Origin: Candidatus Acidiferrales bacterium
GTDB lineage: Bacteria > Acidobacteriota > Terriglobia > Acidiferrales > UBA7541
Reading direction: 5' to 3'
DNA: 64,000 nt
NCBI GenBank assembly: GCA_035946455.1
Contig: DASYZK010000010.1
Span: 6,340 to 70,339 of the forward strand
The position numbers and the translations under genes were made by a program. The notes under the pieces were generated by a model, which saw only the letters and a list, made by a program, of their open reading frames with translations, was not told where the DNA came from and did not search any database. The first letter of the stretch is position 1. Each line of letters starts with the position of its first letter. This document shows, piece after piece, positions 45,168-54,887 of this stretch.

Positions 45168-46550
45168 CTAGTTCGCTTTCGGCAGGAACGGAGACAGCTT
45201 TACTGCGGTTGCGTAATCGAATATTCCGTGCGCTGGGCTGATTCCATTTGCCTGCTGGAAGGCTTCGAGCGCCTCCTGGGATTTCAAATCGAACCTGCCA
45301 TTCACCGGCCCGGAATAGAAACCGGCCTCGATGAGCGCTTGCTGAATCTCCTTCCAGCCCTCCACAGTCTGGTTCAGCCAGAAAAACAGCGGCATGTCCA
45401 TCGCCGGCTTCGCCGGTTCCACCGGCTGGAATGTCGGCAGGTATGCCTCCAGCTTCCACGCGGTCCAGTAATCGAGCTTCCCCGTTACCTGCAAGCTGTT
45501 GGCAGCCTGGAATGCGCGCAGGGCGGCGACGGCGTTCGCGTCCCACTCGGTCGTGGGCTGGGTATGCAGGAAGCCCGCCTTCGCCAGCCCCTGCTGGATC
45601 TCCCGAGTCCCGTCAGGGGTCCGCGCACGACCTACCCAGTAGCTCAAAGGCCGGGGTCTCGGCGGCAGCACCCGCGCGGGGACCGGCTGTGGCGTCGGCG
45701 GCCGTGGCGGCGGCCGGTAGGGCAGGTTCACAATGTTGACGTAGTACTTGCCATCGTCCGGCGCGTAGTTCAGGCGCAACACCAAGGTCCACCCCATCAG
45801 GTCGAGCAGGGACTCTCTCGCCGTCACGCCCTCGGCCCCCATCTCGCCATGGACGTTGGAGAAAAGGTTGACGGGAGCCGTCGCCACGCCGAACGTGTGC
45901 CCCGACCCCGCGGTTAGCTGACCGCATATTTCCGCCAGCATCGCGCCCGGGGTGCGGTCCTGCTGCGGGATGTGGAGAACGGCGCCGAGCACGTCCCGCG
46001 CGTGGACCCATTCACCGTCCGCGTTCCGCACCTGCTCCGGGAAAACCTCCCACCGCGGCCCGTACGGCATCTCGACCTTGTCAACCTTGAACACGGGGCC
46101 GCCCTGGGCCGCGAACTCGTCCAGCACCTGCTGGATTAGGCCCGTAATGCCCCCTTCCGGCCACGCCTCGACTGGCGAGCACCCAATCGTGTCGGCCTTG
46201 CAGGAGAGGTAGTGAATGCCCTGCGGCCCATGCTGCGCCTCTGTGTACACCAGCACGATCGTCCGGACCTTGGGGATGGGGAAAGGCTTCCTGACGGGCG
46301 TCCCGCGCACCGCGCGCACGATATCCGTGTCCTGCGGACCCGCGTACTCCGGGTCCACGTAGTCGATGAGCACGCCGTACCGTCTCTCGATCTGGTCCAT
46401 GGCCGCCGACACCGCCCTCGCGTCCGTCACCTCGATGGTCCGGGCTGCTAGCCCCACCGCTTGGCTTTTGGCCCGTGCCTCCCCGCCGAGGAGAAGGAAG
46501 GGCCAAGCCACCGCTCCACACGCGAGCACCAATCCGCGCCCAATTCCCAT
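45168..46550 (-). CDS. secreted protein with novel N-domain, Pro-rich linker and two peptidoglycan-binding (PG_binding_1-like) repeats
   Basis: Signal peptide MGIGRGLVLACGAVAWPFLLLGGEARA. Linker PYRPPPRPPTPQPVPARVLPPRPRP. Repeats REIQQGLAKAGFL...ALRAFQAANSLQVTGKLD and KEIQQALIEAGFYSGPVNGRFDLKSQEALEAFQQANGI. Confidence 0.7.
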   Translation of the reverse strand: MGIGRGLVLACGAVAWPFLLLGGEARAKSQAVGLAARTIEVTDARAVSAAMDQIERRYGVLIDYVDPEYAGPQDTDIVRAVRGTPVRKPFPIPKVRTIVLVYTEAQHGPQGIHYLSCKADTIGCSPVEAWPEGGITGLIQQVLDEFAAQGGPVFKVDKVEMPYGPRWEVFPEQVRNADGEWVHARDVLGAVLHIPQQDRTPGAMLAEICGQLTAGSGHTFGVATAPVNLFSNVHGEMGAEGVTARESLLDLMGWTLVLRLNYAPDDGKYYVNIVNLPYRPPPRPPTPQPVPARVLPPRPRPLSYWVGRARTPDGTREIQQGLAKAGFLHTQPTTEWDANAVAALRAFQAANSLQVTGKLDYWTAWKLEAYLPTFQPVEPAKPAMDMPLFFWLNQTVEGWKEIQQALIEAGFYSGPVNGRFDLKSQEALEAFQQANGISPAHGIFDYATAVKLSPFLPKAN

Positions 46551-46561
46551 TGCGGTCCTCC

Positions 46562-47362
46562 TCACGGCCCGGACTGCCCAAAGCCTTGGGACGTCACATC
46601 GCCAGAGCCGAGAAGCAGCCACTCAATGCAGTTCTCATTGTCCTCGACACAGGGCAGAAAAAGATTGAAGCCGCCATACTGGTCGAGCGTCCCGGTCACG
46701 CTGAACTGGCCGTTACAGACATCGCTGACCTCGGTTCCCGTTATTGGCCAGGTTCCGTCGGGGTTCTGCGCCCCCTGGGTGAGCGTCAACGTCATCGTCT
46801 GTCCGCCGTCGTCGTAATACCACGTCCCGGCCAAGTACTGGGGATAGGACTGCACGCCGGCGATCAGCGGGCAGGGCTGGCTGCTGTTGCAGTGGAGACT
46901 GTTCGCCGGGAAGAAGTAGGCTGGACTGTTCGGGGTGAGCACGGTGAAGTTCGCGTTGAGCTTGTCGTTCCCGCAGTAGTCCGGCGGAGAGCTGACGCAG
47001 GCCGCCTCGTTGGCGGTACTATCTGAGCCATAGCTGGCCGACGTGACCACCAGATTGCCCGTCGTCGCGTCGAGTGGAGGGATAAATTCGATCTCGGCGT
47101 CCGTCCACGTGACGATGTTCGTCACGGTCTCGCCGTTCAGAGTGACGCTGCCGGTACCCTGCCCGTCGGCGAAGCAGTATCCCTGGATATACACCCTCGC
47201 GACGCCAGCCAGTCCCACCTGCGGCGAAACACTCTCTATGTGCGTGGTCCCCTGTACCGGCGGGTAGGTTTGGCCCGGCTTGTGGCACGTGGCGAGTGCG
47301 ACCGGGGACACCAGGAAGATGAGCATGGCAGAAGGGAAAAGCAGGAGCAGGGGTTTGCGCAT
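46562..47362 (-). CDS. secreted Cys-rich protein with IPT/TIG-like N-domain (possible lipoprotein)
   Basis: MRKPLLLLFPSAMLIFLVSPVALATC. IPT-like IESVSPQVGLAGVARVYIQGYCF...GSVTLNGETVTNIVTWTDAEIEFIPP. About 10 Cys. Lies 11 nt upstream of the PG-binding gene. Confidence 0.6.
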   Translation of the reverse strand: MRKPLLLLFPSAMLIFLVSPVALATCHKPGQTYPPVQGTTHIESVSPQVGLAGVARVYIQGYCFADGQGTGSVTLNGETVTNIVTWTDAEIEFIPPLDATTGNLVVTSASYGSDSTANEAACVSSPPDYCGNDKLNANFTVLTPNSPAYFFPANSLHCNSSQPCPLIAGVQSYPQYLAGTWYYDDGGQTMTLTLTQGAQNPDGTWPITGTEVSDVCNGQFSVTGTLDQYGGFNLFLPCVEDNENCIEWLLLGSGDVTSQGFGQSGP

Positions 47363-47556
47363 GGCTCCCCCTTTTTTCGAACGATCGAGGCCTGGTCAGA
47401 GGCTACCCCCCTTCCCGGGGCCGGAGTCAATAGCGGTCTGTCGTGGGGGATTTACCCGTCCGAAACCGGCAGCGACGCCAAGCCATGCACAGGCTGGGGC
47501 TGCCGACCGCGACGCGCCGCCTCTCAGGCGCTCCCGCCCTGGCCGGGCCGGATGCC

Positions 47557-48036
47557 TCAGAGGTGCGGCGCCAGCAGGAACTCGAACGCCAGAATCGTCA
47601 TTGCCGCGACGGTCGTCACCACCGCCACCACCAGCCCTACGCGGGTGAATTGCCCGAAGCCGATTCCGCCGCGGCTCCGCAACTGCTGAATCACGATCAA
47701 GCTCGCCACCGAGCGGAAGGAGGTGGCGTTGCCCGCCAAGGTCGCGCTCGATGCGAGCGCCAGCCAAACGAAGTGCGGATGGAGAAACAGGGGAACCAGC
47801 GGCCGGAACAGCAGCACTGCCGGCACGTTGCTCACGAGGTTGGCCAGCACCAGCATCGCCCCGCTCATCCCGAACAGTTGCGCCACCGGGCCGCCAGCCC
47901 CGGCCGGGGAAAGCGCGCCGGCAAGAACCATGGCCACCGCGCCGCAGAGGGCCGTCCCGATGCGGTTGAGATACAGACCGACGTTGCTCTCCACGGCAAT
48001 CAGACCGTAGGTGAGCAGGAAGAAGGTAAGCGGCAA
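47557..48036 (-). pseudogene. internally deleted relic of an ArsB/NhaD-type anion permease
   Basis: The first ~45 aa (LTFFLLTYGLIAVESNVGLYLNRIGTALCGAVAMVLAG) resemble the family N-terminus. The remainder (LANLVSNVPAVLLF...WLALASSATLAGNATSFRSVASLIVIQ...) resembles the last helices. Total is about 159 aa against roughly 400+ expected. Confidence 0.5.
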
Positions 48037-48107
48037 CCAGTGGAATTCGCCGGAGGGGGCACGCCACAGATTGGTCCGAAATGCGCCCGGCGAACAAGCG
48101 GGATCGT

Positions 48108-48857
48108 TCAGTCACCCGGCATGGGCGAGGGCTCGCGCACGCTCCAAATCCGCGATAGATCAGTTTCAAACGGGTAAACGTGGACCATCCAGCCGAACAG
48201 TTGCGGTATCCACCGGCCGCCCTCCTGGCGGCAAGTCGGCTCGTCGGTGATGGGGAGGAACCGGGCCCATTCCTGCTTGACCGGCTCGGGCTGGCCGGGG
48301 CTGGCTTGGCGTATCTGCTGCAAAGCCGCTTTTGGCGGAAAGCAAAAATTCACGTGGCGATGCCAGTGAGCGACGCTGAGGGGAACTCGCCGGTTCAATT
48401 GCTCCTCGGAATAGCGCCGCGGCGCGGTGTACATCGCTCCCGCCAGTTTCCAGCCGCCGTCGGCGGTGCGATCGTAAAGCAGCGAAGTGGGGTGGGCGGG
48501 ATCGAATTTGAACTGCGCCTCGATGGCGTAGCGCCAATTGGTGAAATGCTTTTCGCGTTCGGGAAGCTGGGGTGCGAAGATGCGATAGCCGTCGGCGAGC
48601 GCCGCGCGATAGTCCTTGTATTTCTCGATCGAGGCGCGCAGGGCCGTGACGATCTCGGCAGCGCGCTCGCTGTCGGCGGTATTGGCCGGGCGGAGCGCGG
48701 TCATCACCATGTGGGGGTCGGAATGCGCGGAGTCCATTCCCTGCATGCCCGCCATGCCGGCGGAGGGGCTTTGAGCGAAGCCTGCGCCGGCAAGCAGGAT
48801 GCAGGCCAGCGCTCCTGCCAATGGCCAAACCAGCGGGGGACTCGCGACCTTGCTCAT
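48108..48857 (-). CDS. secreted hypothetical protein (249 aa), His/Trp-rich C-half
   Basis: Start taken at MSKVASPPLVWPLAGALACILLAGAGFAQS. Also SVAHWHRHVNFCFPP...GWMVHVYPF. The rest of track ORF 48108..50393 is a shadow antisense to the radical SAM gene. Confidence 0.6.
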   Translation of the reverse strand: MSKVASPPLVWPLAGALACILLAGAGFAQSPSAGMAGMQGMDSAHSDPHMVMTALRPANTADSERAAEIVTALRASIEKYKDYRAALADGYRIFAPQLPEREKHFTNWRYAIEAQFKFDPAHPTSLLYDRTADGGWKLAGAMYTAPRRYSEEQLNRRVPLSVAHWHRHVNFCFPPKAALQQIRQASPGQPEPVKQEWARFLPITDEPTCRQEGGRWIPQLFGWMVHVYPFETDLSRIWSVREPSPMPGD

Positions 48858-48989
48858 TATCGGCTTCCTGAAGCGTAATACGCGGCGGCCCGGAAAAAGT
48901 TGCGGTTTAAGGAACTTGCCGTGTTCTTTTCTTAAAGAAAACCGGCCCGCGCGCTTGACCGCCGCAAGCCGCATCCACACAATCATTCC

Positions 48990-50273
48990 ATGAAAACGGT
49001 ATCGCCAAACCTCTATCCCGACCCGGTTTACGTCGCTCCGGAGGAAATCCCGGCCGAAGGAGGTCGGTTCCGTCACGATACGCGCTGGCAGGTGTTTCGC
49101 AAGAATCTGCGGGGAGCGACGCAGGCGATTTTCACCCAAAGGGAGAACCGCCGGCGGATACGCCACGGCGACTACAAGCTGCAGCCGCTTATCGGCACGT
49201 ATTACGTCACCCACCGATGCAATTTGAAGTGCCGCTACTGCACCGAGCACTACCCCATCCGCAACACCATGGATCTGGACACCGACGGCGCCATCGAAGT
49301 GCTCCGGCGGCTGCGCCGGGAGACCTCGGCACTCTACATCACCGGCGGCGAGCCGCTGGTGCGGCCGGACATCGAGCCGATCGTGGAGCAGGCGCGGCGG
49401 CTGAGATTTTTCCCGATTTATCTGGGCACGAACGGGCTGCTGCTGCCACTGCGCGACCGCGTGGTGGACTGGGTGGACCGCCTGGTGATTTCGCTGGACT
49501 CGATGCACGCCCCGGCCTGGGACCGCATTCTCGGCGCCGGCCGGGGCCAGGCGCGGCGGATTTACGACGTCATCGCGCACTATGCGGCGGAGCAGCGCCG
49601 CCGGCGGCTGTCGATCCTGGTGAACTGCGTGATCACTCACGACACCATCGAGCAGGTTTACCGGGTGATGGAATTCTGCTTCCGGCACGACGTGGTGTTC
49701 GCGCCGGTTTCGGCAACTGCCGATTCCCTGCCCGATCGGACGCTGCTGGCTCGCCCCGATTATCAGCGCCTGGTGCGGCACATTGCCGAATTGAAACGGC
49801 GAGGCTACCCGATACTGGGCTCGGTGGAATCGATTGAAACCCTGCTTCTGGGCCGCCCTTTTCCTTGCTACGCGATGGCGGTGCCGCACGTCTATCCCAA
49901 TGGCGACGTGTTCTATCCCTGCCAGCCGTTGGGGCGCATTGGCGGCAACCTGCTCGAGCTGGGTTCGATCGCGGCGGTTTACCGGGAAGGGGAGCGGAAG
50001 TTCGGGCCCTGGAAGGAGTGCTGGCGCGGTTGCGCGCTGAATTGTTACGTGCTCACCGCCTATTACATGCACCATTTCTGGGATCAATTGGTGGTCGAAT
50101 CCCTCGCCCAATTTGCCATGCAGCCGGGCACCGGCAAGCGCCTGCCTGCGGAAGCCGCGATCGAACCGCTCTACGAGGATCCGGCGACCTGGCAGGCGAG
50201 CGGCCCGATGTCCGGCGCCGAACCGCCGGCTCGCTACGATGTGCCGCTCGCGCAACTTGCCGGCGGCGAATGA
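48990..50273 (+). CDS. radical SAM enzyme with Cys-rich C-terminal (SPASM/twitch-like) region
   Basis: YYVTHRCNLKCRYCTEH (CxxxCxxC). LYITGGEPLV. C-terminal FPCYAMAVPHVYPNGDVFYPCQ...WKECWRGCALNCYV. Confidence 0.85.
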   Translation: MKTVSPNLYPDPVYVAPEEIPAEGGRFRHDTRWQVFRKNLRGATQAIFTQRENRRRIRHGDYKLQPLIGTYYVTHRCNLKCRYCTEHYPIRNTMDLDTDGAIEVLRRLRRETSALYITGGEPLVRPDIEPIVEQARRLRFFPIYLGTNGLLLPLRDRVVDWVDRLVISLDSMHAPAWDRILGAGRGQARRIYDVIAHYAAEQRRRRLSILVNCVITHDTIEQVYRVMEFCFRHDVVFAPVSATADSLPDRTLLARPDYQRLVRHIAELKRRGYPILGSVESIETLLLGRPFPCYAMAVPHVYPNGDVFYPCQPLGRIGGNLLELGSIAAVYREGERKFGPWKECWRGCALNCYVLTAYYMHHFWDQLVVESLAQFAMQPGTGKRLPAEAAIEPLYEDPATWQASGPMSGAEPPARYDVPLAQLAGGE

Positions 50274-50289
50274 GCCGTCCCCGGATTGC

Positions 50290-51300
50290 TCAGGAGGGCG
50301 GAACGCCCAAGCGTTGCGGCGCGCCCGCTTGGACCGAGGACGATTGCCCGGCGGGCAGGCGGGCGATGGCGAGCGCGGCGCCACCGGCGACAATGCCGCC
50401 GGCGAGTATCACTGTTTCCCAGGCCAGGCCGACGCCGACCACAAGCCCCGCGGCGGCGCCGAACGGCGCGAGCAGGGCGGCGAGCGCCGCTTCGCGCACG
50501 CCAATTCCGCCCTGGCTGATGGGAACAAGCGCGCACAGCTTCGCCAGCGGCCAAGCGAACAGCCATGCGCGAACCGCGAGATGCAGGCCACAGGCGGCGG
50601 CCAGAAACGCCGTCAGCGTGAGGAAGCTGGCTTGAACCAACAGACCCAGCCCGTAAGCGGCAAGCACTCGTTCCCGCCGCCGCGCCACCGAGCGTGCCGC
50701 AAGGCGCAACCGCGCCAGCCAACGCCGCCTCCGATACGAGAAGCGGCGAGCGCGCAGCTTCAAAAGCACCGTCAGGCCGGCCAGGCCCACAGCCAGGCCG
50801 GCGGCGGCGATCATCAGCAGGATACGCCGGCCCGCGGGACCGAGCGTGGAAGGGGCCAGGAGGACACCAATCACAGCGAGCGTCAGCAAGACGGCGACGT
50901 CGAGCAGCCGATCGACCAGGCTGCCGAGGATCACCCCGGCTCTGTTTGGCGCCAGCCGCAAGGCCATGCCCACGCGCACAACGTCGCCGCCCACAACCGA
51001 GGGCAACAGGAGGGTGCCGAACAAGCCCGCGAAATAACATCGCAGCGCTTGGACAAAGGTCAATCCCGCGCCGGCGCGGCCCAGGGTCAGGCGGTATTTG
51101 GCGGCTCCCACGGTGTGGGCGCAAAGGTAGGCCGCCAGCACCGCCAGCCAAACCAGCGGCGGCAGGCGGCGAAGTGCCTCCCAGGCCTGGTGGAATGGCA
51201 CAATACGGAACAGCAGCGCCAGGATCGCCACGCTTCCCGCGAGCCGCAGCAGACTGCTGCGCCAGGGAACCGTTCGGGCTTGGCGGGACATTGGCGGCAT
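50290..51300 (-). CDS. flippase-like / lysylphosphatidylglycerol-synthase TM-region (UPF0104) membrane protein
   Basis: LLRLAGSVAILALLFRIVPFHQAWEALRRLP...YFAGLFGTLLLPSVVGGDVVRV. About 8 TM helices. Confidence 0.75.
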   Translation of the reverse strand: MPPMSRQARTVPWRSSLLRLAGSVAILALLFRIVPFHQAWEALRRLPPLVWLAVLAAYLCAHTVGAAKYRLTLGRAGAGLTFVQALRCYFAGLFGTLLLPSVVGGDVVRVGMALRLAPNRAGVILGSLVDRLLDVAVLLTLAVIGVLLAPSTLGPAGRRILLMIAAAGLAVGLAGLTVLLKLRARRFSYRRRRWLARLRLAARSVARRRERVLAAYGLGLLVQASFLTLTAFLAAACGLHLAVRAWLFAWPLAKLCALVPISQGGIGVREAALAALLAPFGAAAGLVVGVGLAWETVILAGGIVAGGAALAIARLPAGQSSSVQAGAPQRLGVPPS

Positions 51301-51398
51301 TATGGCTTGCCGGAGTTGGCGGCGGCAAGACAGCGAGTAAAAGAGATTGAACGGCGATGTAGCCCTGCGATAATGTGCAGGCGCATTGGAGCGACCGA

Positions 51399-52412
51399 AT
51401 GAAGAAGAAGATACGAGTTGTTCAGTATGGCGTGGGCCCCATCGGGGCCTCCATAGTCCGGCTGATGAGACAGAAACAGGCGCTGGTCATCGAGGGCGCC
51501 ATTGACAGGGACCCGGAGAAGAAAGGCCGGGACTTGGGCGAACTGGTCGGCGCGGCGGACGCCCCCTGGGGCGTTACCGTATCCGACAACGCCGAGGAGG
51601 TGTTGTCCCGGCCGACGGACGTTGTCGTGCACACGACGTCCTCATCGCTCACCGACGTGGCGGGCCAATTGATGGAGTGTCTGGAGGCAGGGGCATGCGT
51701 TGTTTCGACATGCGAGGAGTTGTCCTATCCCTACCGCAAACACCCGGAGCTGGCGGCGAAGCTGGACGAGGCGGCGAAAGAATCGGGAGTCACGCTGCTC
51801 GGCACCGGGGTCAATCCCGGCTTCGTGATGGACAAATTACTGCTGGAATTGTCGGCGGCATGCCACCGGGTGGACCATGCGAAGGCGGTGCGGGTGGTCG
51901 ACGCCGGGAAGCGCCGGCTGCCTTTGCAGAAGAAGATCGGGGCGGGCCAGACGGTTGACGCTTTCCTCGAGCGAGTGGCTGCGGGCGCGGTGAAGCACGT
52001 GGGCCTGCCGGAGTCGGTGGCGATGCTTTCGGACGGGCTGGGCCTGGACGTCGATGTCATCACCGAAACGGTCGAGGCGGTCATTGCCCCGGAAACCATT
52101 CGGACCGAGTTTCTCGAGGTTGAGGCCGGCCGGGCAGCGGGGATTCACCAGGTGGCCCGCGGCATGGCCGGCGGCCAGGAGAAAATCTATCTCGAGCTGA
52201 ATATGTACGTCGGCGCGCCGAATCCGAGCGACACCATCGAACTGACCGGCGAGCCGCACTTGCGTTTGGTCATTCCCGGTGGGACGCACGGCGACATCGC
52301 GACGGCATCGATTGCCGTCAACGCGATTCCGGCGTTGCTGGCAGCGCCGGCGGGCCTGCGCACCGCCCGCGACCTGCCGTTCTGCTTCTTTCCGCCTCTG
52401 GCCCCGCCGTAA
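51399..52412 (+). CDS. DapB-like NAD(P)-binding oxidoreductase (amine dehydrogenase / 2,4-diaminopentanoate dehydrogenase-like)
   Basis: MKKKIRVVQYGVGPIGASIVRL Rossmann motif. Also LLGTGVNPGFVMD and HVGLPES. Confidence 0.65.
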   Translation: MKKKIRVVQYGVGPIGASIVRLMRQKQALVIEGAIDRDPEKKGRDLGELVGAADAPWGVTVSDNAEEVLSRPTDVVVHTTSSSLTDVAGQLMECLEAGACVVSTCEELSYPYRKHPELAAKLDEAAKESGVTLLGTGVNPGFVMDKLLLELSAACHRVDHAKAVRVVDAGKRRLPLQKKIGAGQTVDAFLERVAAGAVKHVGLPESVAMLSDGLGLDVDVITETVEAVIAPETIRTEFLEVEAGRAAGIHQVARGMAGGQEKIYLELNMYVGAPNPSDTIELTGEPHLRLVIPGGTHGDIATASIAVNAIPALLAAPAGLRTARDLPFCFFPPLAPP

Positions 52413-52427
52413 GTCCACTCCGGGCGC

Positions 52428-54875
52428 TTAGCCGCCCGGCGGAGCCGACAGCACCGCGAATTCCACCCGGTGAAAGATCGGGTCGATACGCTCGGCGCGC
52501 ACGCGCACCCGGTCGCCCAGGCGGAAGCGGCGCCGCCGGTGCTGGCTCACGATGGCGTGATCCAGGTCGCGGAAGTAGCAGCGCTCGCCCACCGTTTCTT
52601 CCAGCCGGTCGATCGGCACCAGGCCCTCGACGAACAGCTCCATCAGCTCGACGAAGAAGCCGAATTTAACGACGGAAACGATCAGCGCTTCGTATTCCTC
52701 GCCCAGGCGCTGTTCCATGAACTGGGCGGTCTTCCAGTCCACCAATTCGCGTTCGGCGTCGTCGGCGCGGCGCTCCGCCTCGGAGGATTCCACCGCAATC
52801 TCCTCCAGCTCGCGTCGGCCGTAAAGGCTCGAAGCGACCTCGCCGGAGGGGTGTTCGAGCGCCCATTTCAGGATGCGATGAACGATCAAGTCGGGGTAGC
52901 GGCGGATGGGCGAAGTGAAATGGGTGTAGGCGTCGACGGCCAGTGCGAAGTGGCCGATGGGTTCGGCGGCGTAGCGAGCCTGCTTCAGCGAGCGCAGCAT
53001 CAGGTAGGAAAGAATGCGCTCCTCGGGACGGCCGGTGATTTTCTCCACCAGCCGCTGGTAGTGCGCCGGCCGGATTTCGATGTCGAGGGGGACGCGCACC
53101 ACCATCGGGCGCTGGCGGCGGCCGCGAAAGCCGGCGCGCGTTTGGGCCACCAGCCGGCCGTGCCGCACCGCCACCGGCCGATCGAGCGCGGCGCCGAGGC
53201 CGAGAGAATAGCCGAAGGCGCGGGCGAGTTCCTCGAATTCCAGCACCTTCTTGCCATCGGGTTTCTCATGGACCCGGTGGAGGGAAGGCAAGCCGCGGCG
53301 CTCGAGGTACCCCGCCACCTGCTCGTTGGCGGCGAGCATGAATTCCTCGATGATGCGGTGGGCGATGTTGCGCTCGCTGCGGGCGATGGTGACCATCCGG
53401 CCGAGCGCGTCGAATTCGATCACCGGCTCGGGCAAATCGAAATCGATGGCCCCCCGACTGCTGCGGCGCTGGTAGAGGAGCAGGGCCAGCTCTTTCATCA
53501 GGTGGAAGGGGCCGGCGAGCGGGGCGTAGCGGGCGGCGGCCTGGGGATCCCCCTCGAGCACCAGGTTGACGCTGGTGTAGGTCATTCGCTCGGCCGAGCG
53601 GATGACGCCCGGGGTGAAGCGGACGCCGGCGACGGCGCCGCCGGCGTCGAATTCGATGATCGCGCTCATGACCAGGCGATCCTCGCCGGGATTCAGCGAG
53701 CAAATGCCGGTGGAGAGTTCGTGGGGCAGCATCGGAATGGCGCGGTCGGGGAAATAAACCGAATTGCCCCGCAGGCGGGCTTCGTGGTCGAGGGGCGAGC
53801 CGGGGCGAACGTAGTGGGCGACATCGGCGATGTGCACCTGGAGCCGGAAACCGCCGCCAAGCCGCTCGACGTAAACCGCGTCGTCGAAATCGCGCGCCGT
53901 TTCTCCGTCGATGGTGACGATCGGGAGATGGCGGAAATCCTCGCGCCGGGTGAGCGCGGAGGCGGGCACCGCCTGCTGCACGGCTTGCGCCGCGGCCAGT
54001 GCTTCAGCGGGAAACACGTGGGGCAGGCGGTACTTGCGGAGGATGATCTCGATATCGACACCCGTTTCCCCGGGCCGGCCGAGGATTTCAATGACTTTGC
54101 CGGCCGGCGCCACCCCGCCGCAGGGATAGCGCGCCAACTCCACATGAACGGCCAGGCCGTCGAGTTCCGCTCTCCGGGCCTTCGCCGCCTGCGGGCGGAG
54201 GCCGGGCGCGGACTCCGCCGGCGACAACGCGGAGCGGGGAAGTTCCTCGCCGGGCAGTATCACGATTTCGTGGTGAACGCGAGGGTCGAGCGGGGTAACG
54301 GTGCAGCCGCGCGGGCTGTAATGGAAGATGCCGACGACGGTGGGGTGCGCCCGGCCTTCGATGCGCACGACGTGGCCTTCGGCGCGAGCGTCGGGGCGGC
54401 GGCGGTCGATTCGCGCCAGCACGCGATCGCCGTGCATGGCGTCGGCGAGATTGTGGGGGCTCACGTACAAGTCGCCTTCGATATCGAGCGGGGTGTCGGG
54501 CACGACGAAGCCGTAGCCGTCGCGATGGACGACGATGCGCCCGGTGAACAGGTTCGGATCGCGGCGTGAAGCGGCGCCCGCGGTGCCGCGAGGGCCGGTG
54601 CGCTCCGGCGCGGCGGCAGGAACGCGCGGCGAGCGTGTCTGCGGCCGGGGCGGAACTGCGGCCCTGGCAACGACGCGGTGGCCGCCGCGCCGCGATTCGA
54701 CGATTTCGCCCCGCTGTTTCAATTCCGCCAGCACGCGCTGCAACTGTTTCCGCGCCGAGCGGCCGGCACGATCCAGGCCGAGTTGGCGGGCCAGTTCGCG
54801 GAGAGTCTTCGGCGCGGGATCATCGGCGAGCGCGCTCAAGACGTCCTGCACCTTGATTTCTTCGTCCCGGCCCAT
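52428..54875 (-). CDS. rnr: ribonuclease R
   Basis: Winged-helix N-terminus and cold-shock domains. RNB core TIDGETARDFDDAVYVE...HIADVAHYV...SVYFPDRAIPMLP. C-terminal S1 domain (FGFFVEL). Confidence 0.93.
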   Translation of the reverse strand: MGRDEEIKVQDVLSALADDPAPKTLRELARQLGLDRAGRSARKQLQRVLAELKQRGEIVESRRGGHRVVARAAVPPRPQTRSPRVPAAAPERTGPRGTAGAASRRDPNLFTGRIVVHRDGYGFVVPDTPLDIEGDLYVSPHNLADAMHGDRVLARIDRRRPDARAEGHVVRIEGRAHPTVVGIFHYSPRGCTVTPLDPRVHHEIVILPGEELPRSALSPAESAPGLRPQAAKARRAELDGLAVHVELARYPCGGVAPAGKVIEILGRPGETGVDIEIILRKYRLPHVFPAEALAAAQAVQQAVPASALTRREDFRHLPIVTIDGETARDFDDAVYVERLGGGFRLQVHIADVAHYVRPGSPLDHEARLRGNSVYFPDRAIPMLPHELSTGICSLNPGEDRLVMSAIIEFDAGGAVAGVRFTPGVIRSAERMTYTSVNLVLEGDPQAAARYAPLAGPFHLMKELALLLYQRRSSRGAIDFDLPEPVIEFDALGRMVTIARSERNIAHRIIEEFMLAANEQVAGYLERRGLPSLHRVHEKPDGKKVLEFEELARAFGYSLGLGAALDRPVAVRHGRLVAQTRAGFRGRRQRPMVVRVPLDIEIRPAHYQRLVEKITGRPEERILSYLMLRSLKQARYAAEPIGHFALAVDAYTHFTSPIRRYPDLIVHRILKWALEHPSGEVASSLYGRRELEEIAVESSEAERRADDAERELVDWKTAQFMEQRLGEEYEALIVSVVKFGFFVELMELFVEGLVPIDRLEETVGERCYFRDLDHAIVSQHRRRRFRLGDRVRVRAERIDPIFHRVEFAVLSAPPGG

Positions 54876-54887
54876 CCTCTCCTCGCT

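Noticed and set aside
48858-50393. N-terminal 512 codons of track ORF 48108..50393
   Set aside because: It runs antisense to the well-supported radical SAM gene (48990-50273). The real product starts at MSKVASPP (48857) with a signal peptide.
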